DNA of 62,634 bases, the filler included, from Nemertoderma westbladi (lineage: Eukaryota; Animalia; Xenacoelomorpha): assembly GCA_032718475.1 (NCBI GenBank). It is 3 parts of 3 records of this genome, joined end to end, with 100 filler letters (N's around TTAATTAATTAA, not from the genome) between each part and the next. Parts side by side here need not be neighbours in the genome. Positions count along the whole stretch, not along the records: positions 23,407 to 52,727 come from JAUCBJ010000654.1; 2 more parts are not named here. One strand, 5' to 3'. Positions within the stretch are counted from its first letter, which is position 1. Each line of letters begins with the position of its first letter. Made by a program: the position numbers and the translations under genes. Below are positions 23,407-35,333 of the stretch, one piece after another. The notes under the pieces are model-generated. The model was not told the DNA's origin, ran no database searches, and saw nothing but the letters and a program-made list of their open reading frames with translations.

Positions 23407-25660
23407 TAACTGTCTCAATACACTGTGAATATAATTTTGGTATTGAATATGTTGGTTGTAAGGTGTTGGTAGGCATATTCTTCTGTTGTTGTGTAGGGAG
23501 TTCGATATTTTCAAACAACCATATGTCATATTAAATTGTCCGTTTGCAGCAGAATATACATCTTCTTTCCTGTGTTGTACATGGTTTACTCTACTATGTA
23601 TGAATAATTTCTTATCATTGCTGTAGAGGTTTGTACTTTGCCCAGGATAGTAATAACAATATTTATTACTATTAATATTATTATTATTAACTTCTTGCAC
23701 TTTCACATTTTGGCCAGGCCACATACTCTCTTGTAGATATGTTGTGAGGTCAGCTGCCTCAATTGTTACTTTGGCTTCCTTGAGATAGCCTCTGTTATTG
23801 ACCAATACATTAATTGGGTGCTTACCAGTTTGTTGAAAACAGAAGTTGAGATAATGTGTGAGCTGGAGTTGGCAGGAAGACCAGATACTAGTATATACTT
23901 CTTAGGAATACTCGATTCAATGTTATTATTACCAGTTTCTTGTACATGATAACTTTTGGGTAGAGATGCCTTACTGGTTTGATGTTTATCTCTGTGAGTA
24001 GATATTTTACCTATTTTGTCCTTAGTTATTTCTGAGACATTTTCTTTGTTACTCATTTCCTTAAAGCCACTCGATATAGTTCGAAAATGTCCCAATAGTT
24101 CACTCTGTTGTTTGAGCAAGACACTAAGCTGAGTTTCACAATCTAACTCACCATAACTATTTGATATTGTTATGTTATTTTTACTCTCTGTTATGTGTGT
24201 CGGTGCTGCTGCTGCTTTCCCTTTGTATGTTTTCCAAGAAGAGCTGCTAGTACTCAATTCTTCAAAAGAGGATGGGTTCTCCACAGATGGTGTGACTGGC
24301 TGGGGAGTTTGTTCAAGAATTTTAAGAGTTTTGCTCGAGCAATCTTCCATCTCACTTACCTTAGATGGCTGATGATTGGGTGACGGATTTTCTGATTCAC
24401 TGTCACTGTTAATATTTTGAAAAACCCTATTCTTTGTATTCTTTTTCTTGCCTTTGTCTTTACTTTTTTCCCTTTGCCTCCGTTTATCTGTCTTGGTGAT
24501 TGTTCATCACTGCATTTTATTGACATATTCGAGTCGCATGTTCCAGTGTTATATTCCAACTTCGATTCCAATGTTAAAATTTCAGATTTTAGATTTGTAC
24601 ATGTACTACTCAATGATTTTACTTCAAGTTGAAGGTTGGTTACTAAATCTAATAGTTGAGGGAAGCTGAAAGTATCCACGTTTCCTATGTTGGCTCTCTT
24701 TTTAAAATTAGTTGTCAATGCTTTGCTTTCGTATGTCAGAGCAAATTCAGCCACATCCATAGCTAGTTCGTCCACGGATCGTCTCTTTAGAGTTTTTATG
24801 CTTAGCCCTGTTGTCTCTCCTACTATTTCTTGTAGAATGTCATTGAATAGAAGCTTCTGAAACTGTGTGAGGCGATCCATTCCAAGTGGTGTTAGTGATC
24901 TTGCAAAAGTTTCTCTGGGATTATGGATTAAGTGTAATGATTTTACAACATTTATAAAATCTTCAGAGGATTTTACTAAATCAAAATCGTTCCATGTTGA
25001 TTCAATAGTTGGCAGAACTCTAAGGTGCGAGCTTGTTGTCTTTAATATAGGTTCTGCTAAATGGCACCTATTATTATTATTGTTTACTTCATTCTGCTTA
25101 TTTGAGGAAGTACCATTATTGCTCTCATAATCAAAGCATGACAAATTGTGTATTCCTTGACGATTTGCAGGAAGGATATTTTTGATATCAGAGTGTGGGA
25201 TAGTGGCAGATGAGACAATTTTAACATTTTCAACTGATTCTCTCAACCACTGCCGAATGTCATGACTATTCTCATAGAAAGGTAGAATAGAGCTCTTGTT
25301 CTCAGCAATAGCCAGTCCATACATACAAATAAATATACCGCAATCAAAGTTATTGTTCTGCCTTGGAAATGGATTATGAGTATTGATTGTTACCCATTCC
25401 GAAGATTCTGACCCTTTAGTGGTTGTAGCTTTTGATATTGTGTTTAACAAAGAGCATATTAATTTTGCTGTCGGTGTAATTGTTGTATCTGTCATGGAAC
25501 AATAAGTAAATACAACTTTAGTGGATGTGTCCGCAATATGTAGTCGATAGTGGTTGTTATGTATATCAGGGAAACAAATAATGTGGCTGGATGAGATGCA
25601 GCAGTTGCTGGTAATATATCGTATTGCTGCAGAAATATCGAATGTAGATTGATGTAACTT
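23407..25660 (-). pseudogene. Frameshifted TE ORF: Ulp1/C48-like cysteine protease, coiled coil and LINE-ORF1-like C-terminal domain
   Basis: IICFPDIHNNHYRLHIAD...YCS (in frame upstream of the 25495 ATG) and FPRQNNNFDCGIFICMY. Heptads LLDLVTNLQLEVKSLSSTCTNLKSEILTLESKLE. Then ISNSYGEL, YILVSGLP and AKVTIE...MWPGQNVKV in shifted frames. Confidence 0.6.
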
Positions 25661-25699
25661 TTATTCATTAATTCATTAACAAGTGCCGGATATATCTGT

Positions 25700-27336
25700 C
25701 TGGTCTACCGGAATTCACAGTGGTCACCGACCACCGCCCACTGGTCACTATATTTAATAAATACAGCATTGACCAAGTGGACAATGGCAAACTGCAGCGT
25801 ATAAAAGCGGATCTGCAGAGTTGCTACCAGTTCCGGGTAGAGTGGCAGAAGGGCAAGGCCCATCGAATAGCTGATGGCCTGAGTCGTGCCCCCGTCGACA
25901 AACCGACGATCGATGATAGTCAACCCGAGGAAGAACCTATAAATATCGCAACAATCTACGCAAACTTACCTCACACTACGACATCGATCAAGGATCCCAT
26001 GTTGACCGAATTACATAACGCAGCATTGGGCGATATTGACTATATTGAACTCATCCGGCAAATCCGGGATGACTTCCGGAATATAAACTCAGCCTCGCCG
26101 TATATTCGTCAATTTAAATCAATATCGGACAGTCTCGCAATCTCACCCGATAATCTGATAGTTTACGGGAACAGACTGGTTATCCCACAAACCTACCAGC
26201 ATCAGGTTCTAGAACGACTACATGCCTCCCACCAAGGCATAACCAGAACCAAACAAAGGGCGTGGCAAACGGTTTACTGGCCAGGTATTGGTGGTGATAT
26301 CGAGCGTACTATCCGACAGTGTACCAAGTGCCAGGAAATCCGGCCGAGTCTCCAGAAGGAGACTATGCTATCAGAGGACATTCCAGGACGTCCATTTGTA
26401 TCTGCCTCCGCCGATCTATTCTCCATAGGGGGGAAACACTATCTAGTGTATTCCGACCGACTGTCGGGATATCCCGAAGTCCATGAATGGAAACACAACC
26501 CAACATCACGGGATGTTGTATTCGCAATTCGTAGATGGTTCGTTAACCTCGGTGTACCGACAACACTACGTACCGATGGTGGACCACAGTTCGACTCTGC
26601 GCACTTCAGGGACTTTTGTAAACGATGGGGGGTCAACTGGACTCCCAGTAGCCCACACTACCCGCAGTCCAATGGCCACGCCGAGTCAGCGGTGAAGGCT
26701 GTAAAACACCTGCTATTAAAGGTACCGAGGAACGACTCCAACTCCGACGAATTCCTCACTGGACTTTTGGAGTTGAGGAACACTCCACGCGCTGATGGGC
26801 TGTCTCCTAATGAGACTGTCTTCGGACACATACTACGGTCGAAGGTTCCTGCCCATCACAGCGCCTACGCACAACATTGGCGGGAAACGGCGGATGAAAC
26901 AGACAACCGTGCAGCCGAACTCCGGAACCGAAACATTGCTCACTATAACGAGACTTCGCGGGACCACAAACCACTCAGGATCGGGATGGACATCCGCATC
27001 CAGAGTACGGACCGACCGAAACGTTGGACTAAAACTGGAACGATCGTCAGTATCGGAAAAAACCGGGATTACCACGTGAAGCTGCCATCTGGCAGAACAT
27101 GGTGGAGAAACCGTCGATTCCTACGTCCTTTATATCCGGAAGTTGAACCAATAACACCCGAACCAGCGAATGAACTGTCAAACAACGTTGGATCGCAAAA
27201 AAGTGCCATTTACCAGCCAAGTGACAACGAGTCCGAAACTGAAAGTAATTGGCAAGTTGTTGAACCACGCCGCAGTACACGCCACAAAAAGCCCGTGGTC
27301 CGGTTTGGGGATACGACCGTAAAACTATTCTCTTAA
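25700..27336 (+). CDS. Ty3/Gypsy pol 3' part (RNase H end and integrase), 5'-truncated
   Basis: TDHRPL, IADGLSR, HHCC (LHASHQG...CTKC), SADLF, LRTDGGPQF, SSPHYPQSNGHAE, RNTP, WRNRRFLRP. Confidence 0.93.
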
Positions 27337-27381
27337 CTCTTAAGACCATTGTAGAACTAATGATCTCGGAGGAAAGGGGGG

Positions 27382-27641
27382 TGTCGTGACCTCATAACAA
27401 ACTAGATGGCTCGCCCCAATATACTTTATGGACCTACCGTAGCTGGTTATGGGGTACCGGTACTTAACACTGCAGCACTGTAAGACATTATACTGATATA
27501 CTTAATTCTGTAATTATATGGAAGTAGCCAGATCGATTAACCTGTACTTAACACTGCAAGGCCTATCACAGTATCAGTATTCTGTAGATCATTGAAACAT
27601 AATACATACCCTGTAGGAAAGCATTCAGTAGGCCTTTAACA
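27382..27641 (+). mobile_element. Gypsy 3' LTR
   Basis: PPT GGAGGAAAGGGGGG (27368-27381), then TGT...ACA. The BEL integrase reading frame resumes immediately after; the end could be 27641 or 27643. Confidence 0.8.
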
Positions 27642-28703
27642 CAGCGAGAGGCAGAATTACCTAGGGAACGAGTAAGCTTCTATGAAACACCTTTTACTAA
27701 TACCGGTGTGGATTTATTTGGCCCTATTGAAGTATATCGTGCTAGGACTATAGTCAAGAGATGGTGTGTCATCTTTGTTTGTATGACTGGCAGAGCTATC
27801 CATCTCGATATGGTGAACGATTTATCTACCAACAGCTTCCTATTAAGCTTACGACGACAGATCGCTCGCTTTGGAACTAGTAACACGATGAGATCTGATA
27901 AGGGAACAAACTTCATTGGTGCCAACAATGAAATCAAAGCTTACGTCAAAGATTGGAACCAAAGACAGGTGGACGATCAGCTACGAGTAACAGCGTCTAG
28001 CTGGACCTTCAACGCCGCCGACGCCCCTTGGTGGGGAGGAAGTTGGGAGAGATTAATAAGAAGTGTGAAGACCGCATTTCACTTTATAGTGCCGTGCCGC
28101 GCGTATCTCACCGACGAACTTTTGCGGACGTTAATGGAGGAAATCGCCGCCTATCTCAACGAGAGACCGCTTATGCCAGTCTCATCGAGTCCCGATTCCC
28201 TGGAAGCGCTAACACCCGCGCACTTCCTACTGAAGAAACCTGTAGCCATGCTCCCACAATCGGAAATCACAGACGGAGACGAATACTGCCGGCAAACTTG
28301 GCTACTCATGCAGTTGTTATCCCGTCATTTCGCTGACCATTTCGAAAAACACTATCTGCCCACGCTACAACTTCGAACGAAGTGGTTTGCGCAGCAAGAA
28401 AACGTCAGCGCTGGAGACATGGTCCTTATTGTGGATGCAGATCTTCCACGTAAGCGGTGGCAGACAGGTCGTATCATCGAGACTCACATCTCGGATGACG
28501 GTTTGGTGCGATCGGTAGAACTCGTCGTCATGCAACGTAACTTCAAGAAACCGGGAATTGTCTTCGAGACACAGCAGCTCAATCGCCCAGTTGGTCGCTT
28601 ATGTTTATATATGCTATTTTTATTTTTAATATATATTACTATAGTATATATTACTATATTTACTATGGAAGACAAGATACTCTTCCCACGACCACCTCCC
28701 TAA
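27642..28703 (+). CDS. BEL/Pao integrase (catalytic core and C-terminus), 5' part lost at the Gypsy junction
   Basis: AELPRERV...PFTNTGVDLFGP, IFVCMTGRAIHLD, SDKGTNFIGA, APWWGGSWERLIRSVK, LNERPL, LTPAHFL, YLPTLQLRTKW, DGLVRSV, RPVGRLC. Confidence 0.93.
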   Translation, partial: QREAELPRERVSFYETPFTNTGVDLFGPIEVYRARTIVKRWCVIFVCMTGRAIHLDMVNDLSTNSFLLSLRRQIARFGTSNTMRSDKGTNFIGANNEIKAYVKDWNQRQVDDQLRVTASSWTFNAADAPWWGGSWERLIRSVKTAFHFIVPCRAYLTDELLRTLMEEIAAYLNERPLMPVSSSPDSLEALTPAHFLLKKPVAMLPQSEITDGDEYCRQTWLLMQLLSRHFADHFEKHYLPTLQLRTKWFAQQENVSAGDMVLIVDADLPRKRWQTGRIIETHISDDGLVRSVELVVMQRNFKKPGIVFETQQLNRPVGRLCLYMLFLFLIYITIVYITIFTMEDKILFPRPPP

Positions 28704-29285
28704 TCCAACAAACATCTAGGGACTCCCCAGCTTAGTAGCGTATGGAGTGGGTGTGTGACCAGATTATTTTATATTCTTATCATTTTATATTTATGTATAT
28801 ATTATTATGTAATTTTATTATAATCGTTTTCTTTAATTTTATTTAGCAGAATGTTATTTTAGCGATCATTTAGTAGATTAGTGCAATATATATTCGCGTT
28901 TATTACTTAACTACTTATATATTACATATTTAGTGCGACGGCGAGAAATAATTCTTTTTCTCCTTCCTTACTGTCCGTATTACATTACAAATACGTAACT
29001 ACAGTAAGATGAAATATCCGTACTTATTAAAGTACAATAAAGCTCCTACTATATTCAAGTATTATTGGTAAAGTAGAGTATTAGGAATGCAAAATTCAGA
29101 TCCTCGTGTCTCGGCTAAACCAAGCTCTGGGTAGACCTTGGAAACGACTTGCCTCTTCTCACTGACATTGCTTCGTGCGATATTGCTCTCATACCGTATA
29201 TTAAATAATACATATAGTAGCGTGATGTCCCTCTAATAGTAGCGTATAACGCAAAATAAATCTGTTAAACCCTTTGACCATCTGC

Positions 29286-29600
29286 AATTCTAGTCGATTA
29301 AGATATCGCGGCACCCACCGGTATACTTGAAAGACAAAATTCTAGAATCAGTGGTTAACGTCCCCAGACAAGTTCTGGAATAAACTGGTGCCCATCCTAA
29401 ATATTAATTATTAATATTTACCAAATATGTCAAATTTTAGATCCTTTAAAATTCTAGTCGATTAAGATATCATAGCACTTACCGATACTCTTAAAAAAGA
29501 CAAAATTCCTAGAATCAAGGATCCCAGTCCCCAGACATGTTCTGGAATAAAATTGTGTCTATTTAATATTAAATAATAAAATTTACGGGAATAACTTTAA
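29286..29600. repeat. Diverged ~164-bp direct duplication
   Basis: AATTCTAGTCGATTAAGATATC...GACAAAATTC...TCCCCAGACA.GTTCTGGAATAAA starts at both 29286 and 29450. Confidence 0.8.
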
Positions 29601-30372
29601 AATTCATATTTTAATGAATTTAATAAATTTTCATTTTATACAATTTATAACATTCCCAAAATTCCTTTAATTAATAGATCATGGGAGCGGAGATTCACTC
29701 TATTAAGTGTATTAGTGTGCGAGAATCTCCAATATATAGTCAATAGCCGATAAAATTCATAAAATCATGTATAAAGGGGATATTGACCATTAAAGAATTA
29801 CTATTAAATAGCATCCCGTGTAAGTATGCATGAGAATTACCCTAATTCTACCGCTAGCTTTCCATAATGTCACCATGGCAACAACCACGCTAGAATTAGA
29901 AGTGAGTTAAAAGAACAATAGAAAGCTTGCCCCATTGAATAGCATAGGGAATAAATAGCGCACTGCTAGTATCCAAGGATACATAATAAATAAAGTGACA
30001 TTCTGGAAGGCACTGACTAATGGACAAATGGCCCGAATGTGTGCAGTTTGTGACAATTGTGTTGAATTTGTGCGTTTATAGGTGAATGTTACTGCTAAAG
30101 TGTGTTTACAGTAGCGAGTCGCAATTGTGAAAGTAGCCCTAACTCTCCAGAAAGAACCTGAAGTACATCTAAGCCTTTGGGACGGACAGTGGAGTGACTT
30201 GTGCCGGTTATTGTTGTCGTTGTGTAGCTACAGCGTTGGCGAAAGCACAGCGACGACGGTACATCAGCGCTGAGGATCTTGCACTGTCCGGGGGCAAAAG
30301 AGGGGTAGGCAGAGACGCCCGCTAGCCTAATATATAAACTCATTATAATATTGATAAACTCATATAGCAGAT

Positions 30373-33300
30373 ATGACTGAGTTGATAGAAGATGATCTTG
30401 GTATCAGGGAGCGATATACTCTACCTTTACAAGCGTTTGTCGATAGCTTGATACGCAGCGACGCTGGTCCAACTACTACGGAGGATGATGGCCGTTATAT
30501 CGAACCGCCAATGTCCCAGGAGCAACTTACGCGTGAATTGGATTATAGAAAGTTCACCGCTCGCTATACGCATCGTAATGGTACGTATATGGACTTCTTA
30601 ACTACTGGCCATCCTATCGATTTACACGATATGGACGATGTAGACACCGAAAGGGGAAATGGTTTTATTTAAATATCATACCCAGCGGAGTCGGAACGAT
30701 AAACCGAGAATAGAACACGAGAACTCTATTCGAAACAGACTCGCAAGGGAAGACGTTGAAGAACCGGATAAACGCAGCGACTTCAACGATTATCTGGAAT
30801 TCCTGAGAGAGACCTATCTCAATATTGCCAGCCAACAAAATCTCAAAACTCGATATCCTCAAGGTATACATCATGATCCTATGATAGAACTCAAACGACT
30901 CTATTTCACTATGATGTATCTTACCACCGATCGACCGCTACCTGTCGTCCCAGATAGCTTCGAACAGATGGAGGAATATTGTAAAACTGGAGAACGATCA
31001 CCCGCGTTTCCCCTGCAGGACGTGCGTCTTTGGTATTACTGCGACGAATGCCCTAGACCCAATCAGCAAACGGAAAGACATAAACATCCGCGGAGACGTT
31101 GCGCTAAACACAGTTTTACACGATATACTTATGGGAGTTTCGAGCGAAACCTGTTCGACGTATCACCTACGGTCGCTCGTCTCAAACGATCCTTGAACAA
31201 ACCAATGATCAGAGTTCCGGAATACTCGGTCAGACCTCCTCATTCCTCAGTTAGACCTCAGACTCTTGATCCTAATAGTATCACGGATCCTCCCGAACTG
31301 TACTCACTGTTCAAAGATCTAATGTTACCCGAACAGTTGATCGGTGGCACTCCGGTAGTGGGCTCGCTAGATATTCGCCAACCCTACCTAGCCGGATTAG
31401 GACGCGGTCATATGATATCGCCGTTTAACCCGTACAACCGTCCCAGCTTCACCCCAATACAACCCGTTACGGAAGTCGAAGAGAGCGTCGTACGAAACGC
31501 ATTAGACGCTATTCGGCAGAAAATCGGAAAGGGAACTTACGATTGTTTGGAGAAACGTAAATTGCAACAACAAGTCCAAGCGGTGAAGGAATTAGCTTTA
31601 CCCCAGTTCGATAGAGAAATACAAAATCTCGAGGAGGACATCGAACGTGGACGAACCTACTCTTTACAAGAGTTCCTAGATGAGCGTCTACAACAACAAG
31701 CGGAGGAAAATCAGCTCGAGGAGAGACATATAGAACTAGATGAGAGAGAAGAAGCAGCTTTAGCTCAACCCGAAGCTCAAATCCTTATGACGGATCTCTA
31801 CTCTAAAACCATCCTTCATCCCTCGATGTTTCTCCATTTCGGAGACAAACTCTTTGCGACGGTACAACCCCAACCGGTTGATATCAACCTAAGATCTCGA
31901 GATCTTATCGCTGACGCTCCCATGTTGCAACGCCCGCCCATCGAAGCCGCTCGTGTCGATGGTATACTCGTTGAACCTCCGGACAATAGAGCGGATCTTG
32001 TCCGTCGCATGGTACACGATGTAAACATACGCGCTAGACCTTTACCGGACTCGTTTTATGGGATCAAAGATCACCCTTATTACGTCAATCTAACACAATA
32101 TTACATGGTAAAACCAGAAGATCCTACACATAGTCTGAGGTTTCTACCACTCATAAATCCTCTCGATCTTGTCGAACTCGAACAACTGCAGAAACATCTG
32201 GATCAGTTAGTTAAAATAAACTCATTTCGAAAACCATATAATGTTTCCAGAATAGAGAAAGAAACAATACCTCCGTATAATCTTGATGGATTCATCAAAA
32301 CTCGATTAGTACACTGGAATCTTGACGTGTTATTCGAGGAGGAAAGAATACAACGATATGGAGATGTGGAAACATATACCACACAATATTTAAAGTATAG
32401 AGATCTACCTAATGCAAGCGAATGCGCTACCTTGTGGCATCCAGTGGGAATGACCCTCGAAAACGCCACTAAAGAGTGGAACGAAACTCTTAACGTTATC
32501 GAGATGTATGGAGTTGTCACTTACGATAACGAAGGTAGCGTTCCGGTTGGAGAACTGGGAACTACGCGGATGATACACATACGAGGACTCGCTGGTTCTA
32601 CCCACGTATTTACTCGAGCGTGTTCCGATGTGATTGATTATTCTTTTGAAACTCTTACTGAGACACAAAAGAAACTCCGACATGGACAATTCGAACTCGC
32701 GCAGCGTTACGTCACCGACACCGAGCGCAAACCGGCCATGGGTATCGATGGATCGATGTTACCCCAGCCCGTGCTCGAGATGTTGTTTAACGAAAGAATC
32801 CTTAAAATCGGCTCAGCTGTTTATGGAGACCTACAAAACGACTTTCGGAATATGGAGAACATTCCATACCCTTTCGTTGATACTCAGCTGATTGCTCCCT
32901 GGGCAGAAGGCCGAGGTTTCTTCCGCACTATGTATGCCAATACACCCAGCGGCATTACTAAAGTACAACGAACCTCCATCGGACATCTTGCCTTTCAAGA
33001 ATACGGATGGAATTTCAAGGTTGGAAATCCTATCAATTACCAACAAATATATGGAGATCATTATTCTCGTTTATACTTTGATGGACCATTGACCGCACCT
33101 GGCGCCGTGTATAGCTTTATGAGTGTTCCACTTCGTCCCTCCTTAGCTATATACACGATCTTTGAAAACGCAGCACTTGCCGGTTGGCTAGCCGATGTGT
33201 GCAGTCGTACCATACGCGCCCATCCCTTAATACTTGGAACCAAACTCGCCAAGTTAGATGAACACAATAAATTCATCCGCTTCGAATGTTTAAGGCGCTT

Positions 33301-34624
33301 TCTGACTCCGTTCCGTAACGTTGATAGTCAGTTCAAGGACCGCGCTCTGACCAAACTCAGCCTAAGAGACTCAGCTGCGGAGAACCTAAACAGCGCGGGA
33401 TTTGCCCTCTTTCAGGACGTTTGTATACAGAACTTACATTCCTCTGTTATACAAAGACCCCGAATACCCACGGGTTATTCTGTCGTGGAAGTTCAGACAG
33501 TGGGTCCGCTTGCGGAGACAGCCGCACCTACCTCAGCTATGCAATTGGAAGACGAACCAATATGCTTAGAATCTGAAGCGATCCAGCCTACAGCGCCCCG
33601 GAGCAGCGATAACGATTACGTCTTGGAGTGGTATCAAGGTCCACAATGTCTCACTGCATACGATTATCGACACACCAACTATGTTTCTCGAAAACGTTGT
33701 CGATTATGCGCATCGAGAGACCATTTCACCCCTATGGACTCAGACGTACCCTGCTCCTATTTCCACGAACAACCGATGATGGAGATCTATTGTGCGTATT
33801 GCAGACTTAATAACTCGCATATTTTTGCAGTCTGCCCCCAATTTATGACCCAATGCCACCACTGTCAACTTAAAGGACATGCCAGTTATAATTGCCCCTT
33901 TAACCGCGATTTAGAAAGCGTAGATGAGATGATTACCCTGCGCTACATCCGAGCTTGGGAAGCGAACGCGGATTTACATTGTGGTTTACATCGCTACTAC
34001 CCTGGACGCTCTTACGAGGGAGTTTACGCGTTCCATCCTTATTTATTCGCGTCTGTTGAACAAAAAACACGCACACCGAGTTACGAACTAATGAAGCGTG
34101 TTGGTGAGTGTATTTCCACCAAATTTGTTCGAAAATATCTTAGGAAGGTCAATCCTAACGATATTACTTCATACCATTTGATCAATTTCATCATTCAAGA
34201 CCCTGAGTATGGCGATTTATTTATCAACTCGCACCCTGAGTTACAGGAAGTATCTCGACGGCCCTACGAATATCGAGCCCGAGAACGCGAGCTGGAAAGA
34301 ACCATTAAACCGAGGAAGTTTCTCACCACTCACGGTCCACCTACTGCCATTGTCCAGACGACCCATCAAGGACCCGTAGGAGCTGCTGTCCTAAGACTCG
34401 CCCTAAAGGCCGTTAGACCTCGCTCCACTGAAGTTGATATCGATCAACCAGGTACCTCGACCGGCGGATACACCGATCGTAATCCTAAACCTTCTGATGC
34501 AATTGTATTGCACCCTTCACCCAGGTGTTACAGCCCTCCTAGTAAAGTGGCTCGCCCCAAAGAGAAAAGGACTCTTGCTAGCCTCAAAAAACTGCGTAAA
34601 CGCCGTCCGCGTAAGAAAGACTAA
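30373..34624 (+). CDS. Large intronless protein: coiled coil, DEDDy/WRN-EXD-like 3'-5' exonuclease, multiple Cys/His zinc knuckles, basic tail; one frameshift near 30650
   Basis: 1321-aa ORF plus an overlapping upstream 99-aa ORF. Motifs VVTYDNEG (ExoI DxE), LPQPVLEMLFNERILKIGSAVYGDL, FVDTQLIA, TSIGHLA, PLRPSLAIYTIFE; CAYC-x5-H-x4-C and CHHC-x4-H-x4-C; KKLRKRRPRKK. TATATAAA at 30331. Confidence 0.75.
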
Positions 34625-34702
34625 CTGTTTAGAGTATTTTTATATTTTAGAAACTGTGATTTGTTATATTTTATAGACTTAAATCCCATTTTCTGGGAGC
34701 GG

Positions 34703-35333
34703 TGTAAAAGCTTTTGTGGAATTAACCAGTTATTTTCCCCGTAAAGTACTCTGTAGTTGGTTTAACAGGCATAAAAGGCCGTATCCTTACTGTACTAGTG
34801 TTTTAGGGGACATAAAAGCTATTTCTTCTGTATGTGTACTTTAGCAGACATAATTAGCAATTCTGTGACGCAATGCGCTAGATCCTCTTGAAACAGTGTA
34901 GTTACTATGACGACAGCTAACAGCTGAGCTGTACACGTGTAGCTTTTCCCTTGTTCTCTGGTGTTTCTTTGTTCGGTCAACCAATCAGAGCGATTCTCCT
35001 GCTTTTTATACAGAAACCTCCGAGAAATCGCGCAATGCATTATGGGTCAATGTTTACATTTTGTCCTGAGCCTAGAAGACCGGCTTTTGGAATCTCTGTG
35101 TTTTCAGTCTTTAGCCCAACATTAGTAGGCTTAATTATAGAACGTATATCTGTTATCACACTTAACGCATCTCACTAAACATATCAATCAAACTTAACTT
35201 AACATTTTAATGCTATTTACTGTCGGTTATTCATTATATATGTTGATGGAATATTATTATATTTGGAATACCGATAAATGATTATAAACCCTCGATCTTC
35301 TTGATATACTGAAGGTTAGAGAGACCGGTTACA
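34703..35333 (+). mobile_element. Putative 3' LTR after the large ORF
   Basis: Purine-rich GGGAGCGG then TGTAA, ~80 bp after the stop. Candidate end TTACA at 35329-35333; internal CCAAT. No partner LTR in the window, so the right boundary is uncertain. Confidence 0.45.

Noticed and set aside
30659-34624. Retroviral env or a gag-pol polyprotein
   Set aside because: No signal peptide, transmembrane segment, protease, RT or integrase motifs seen.
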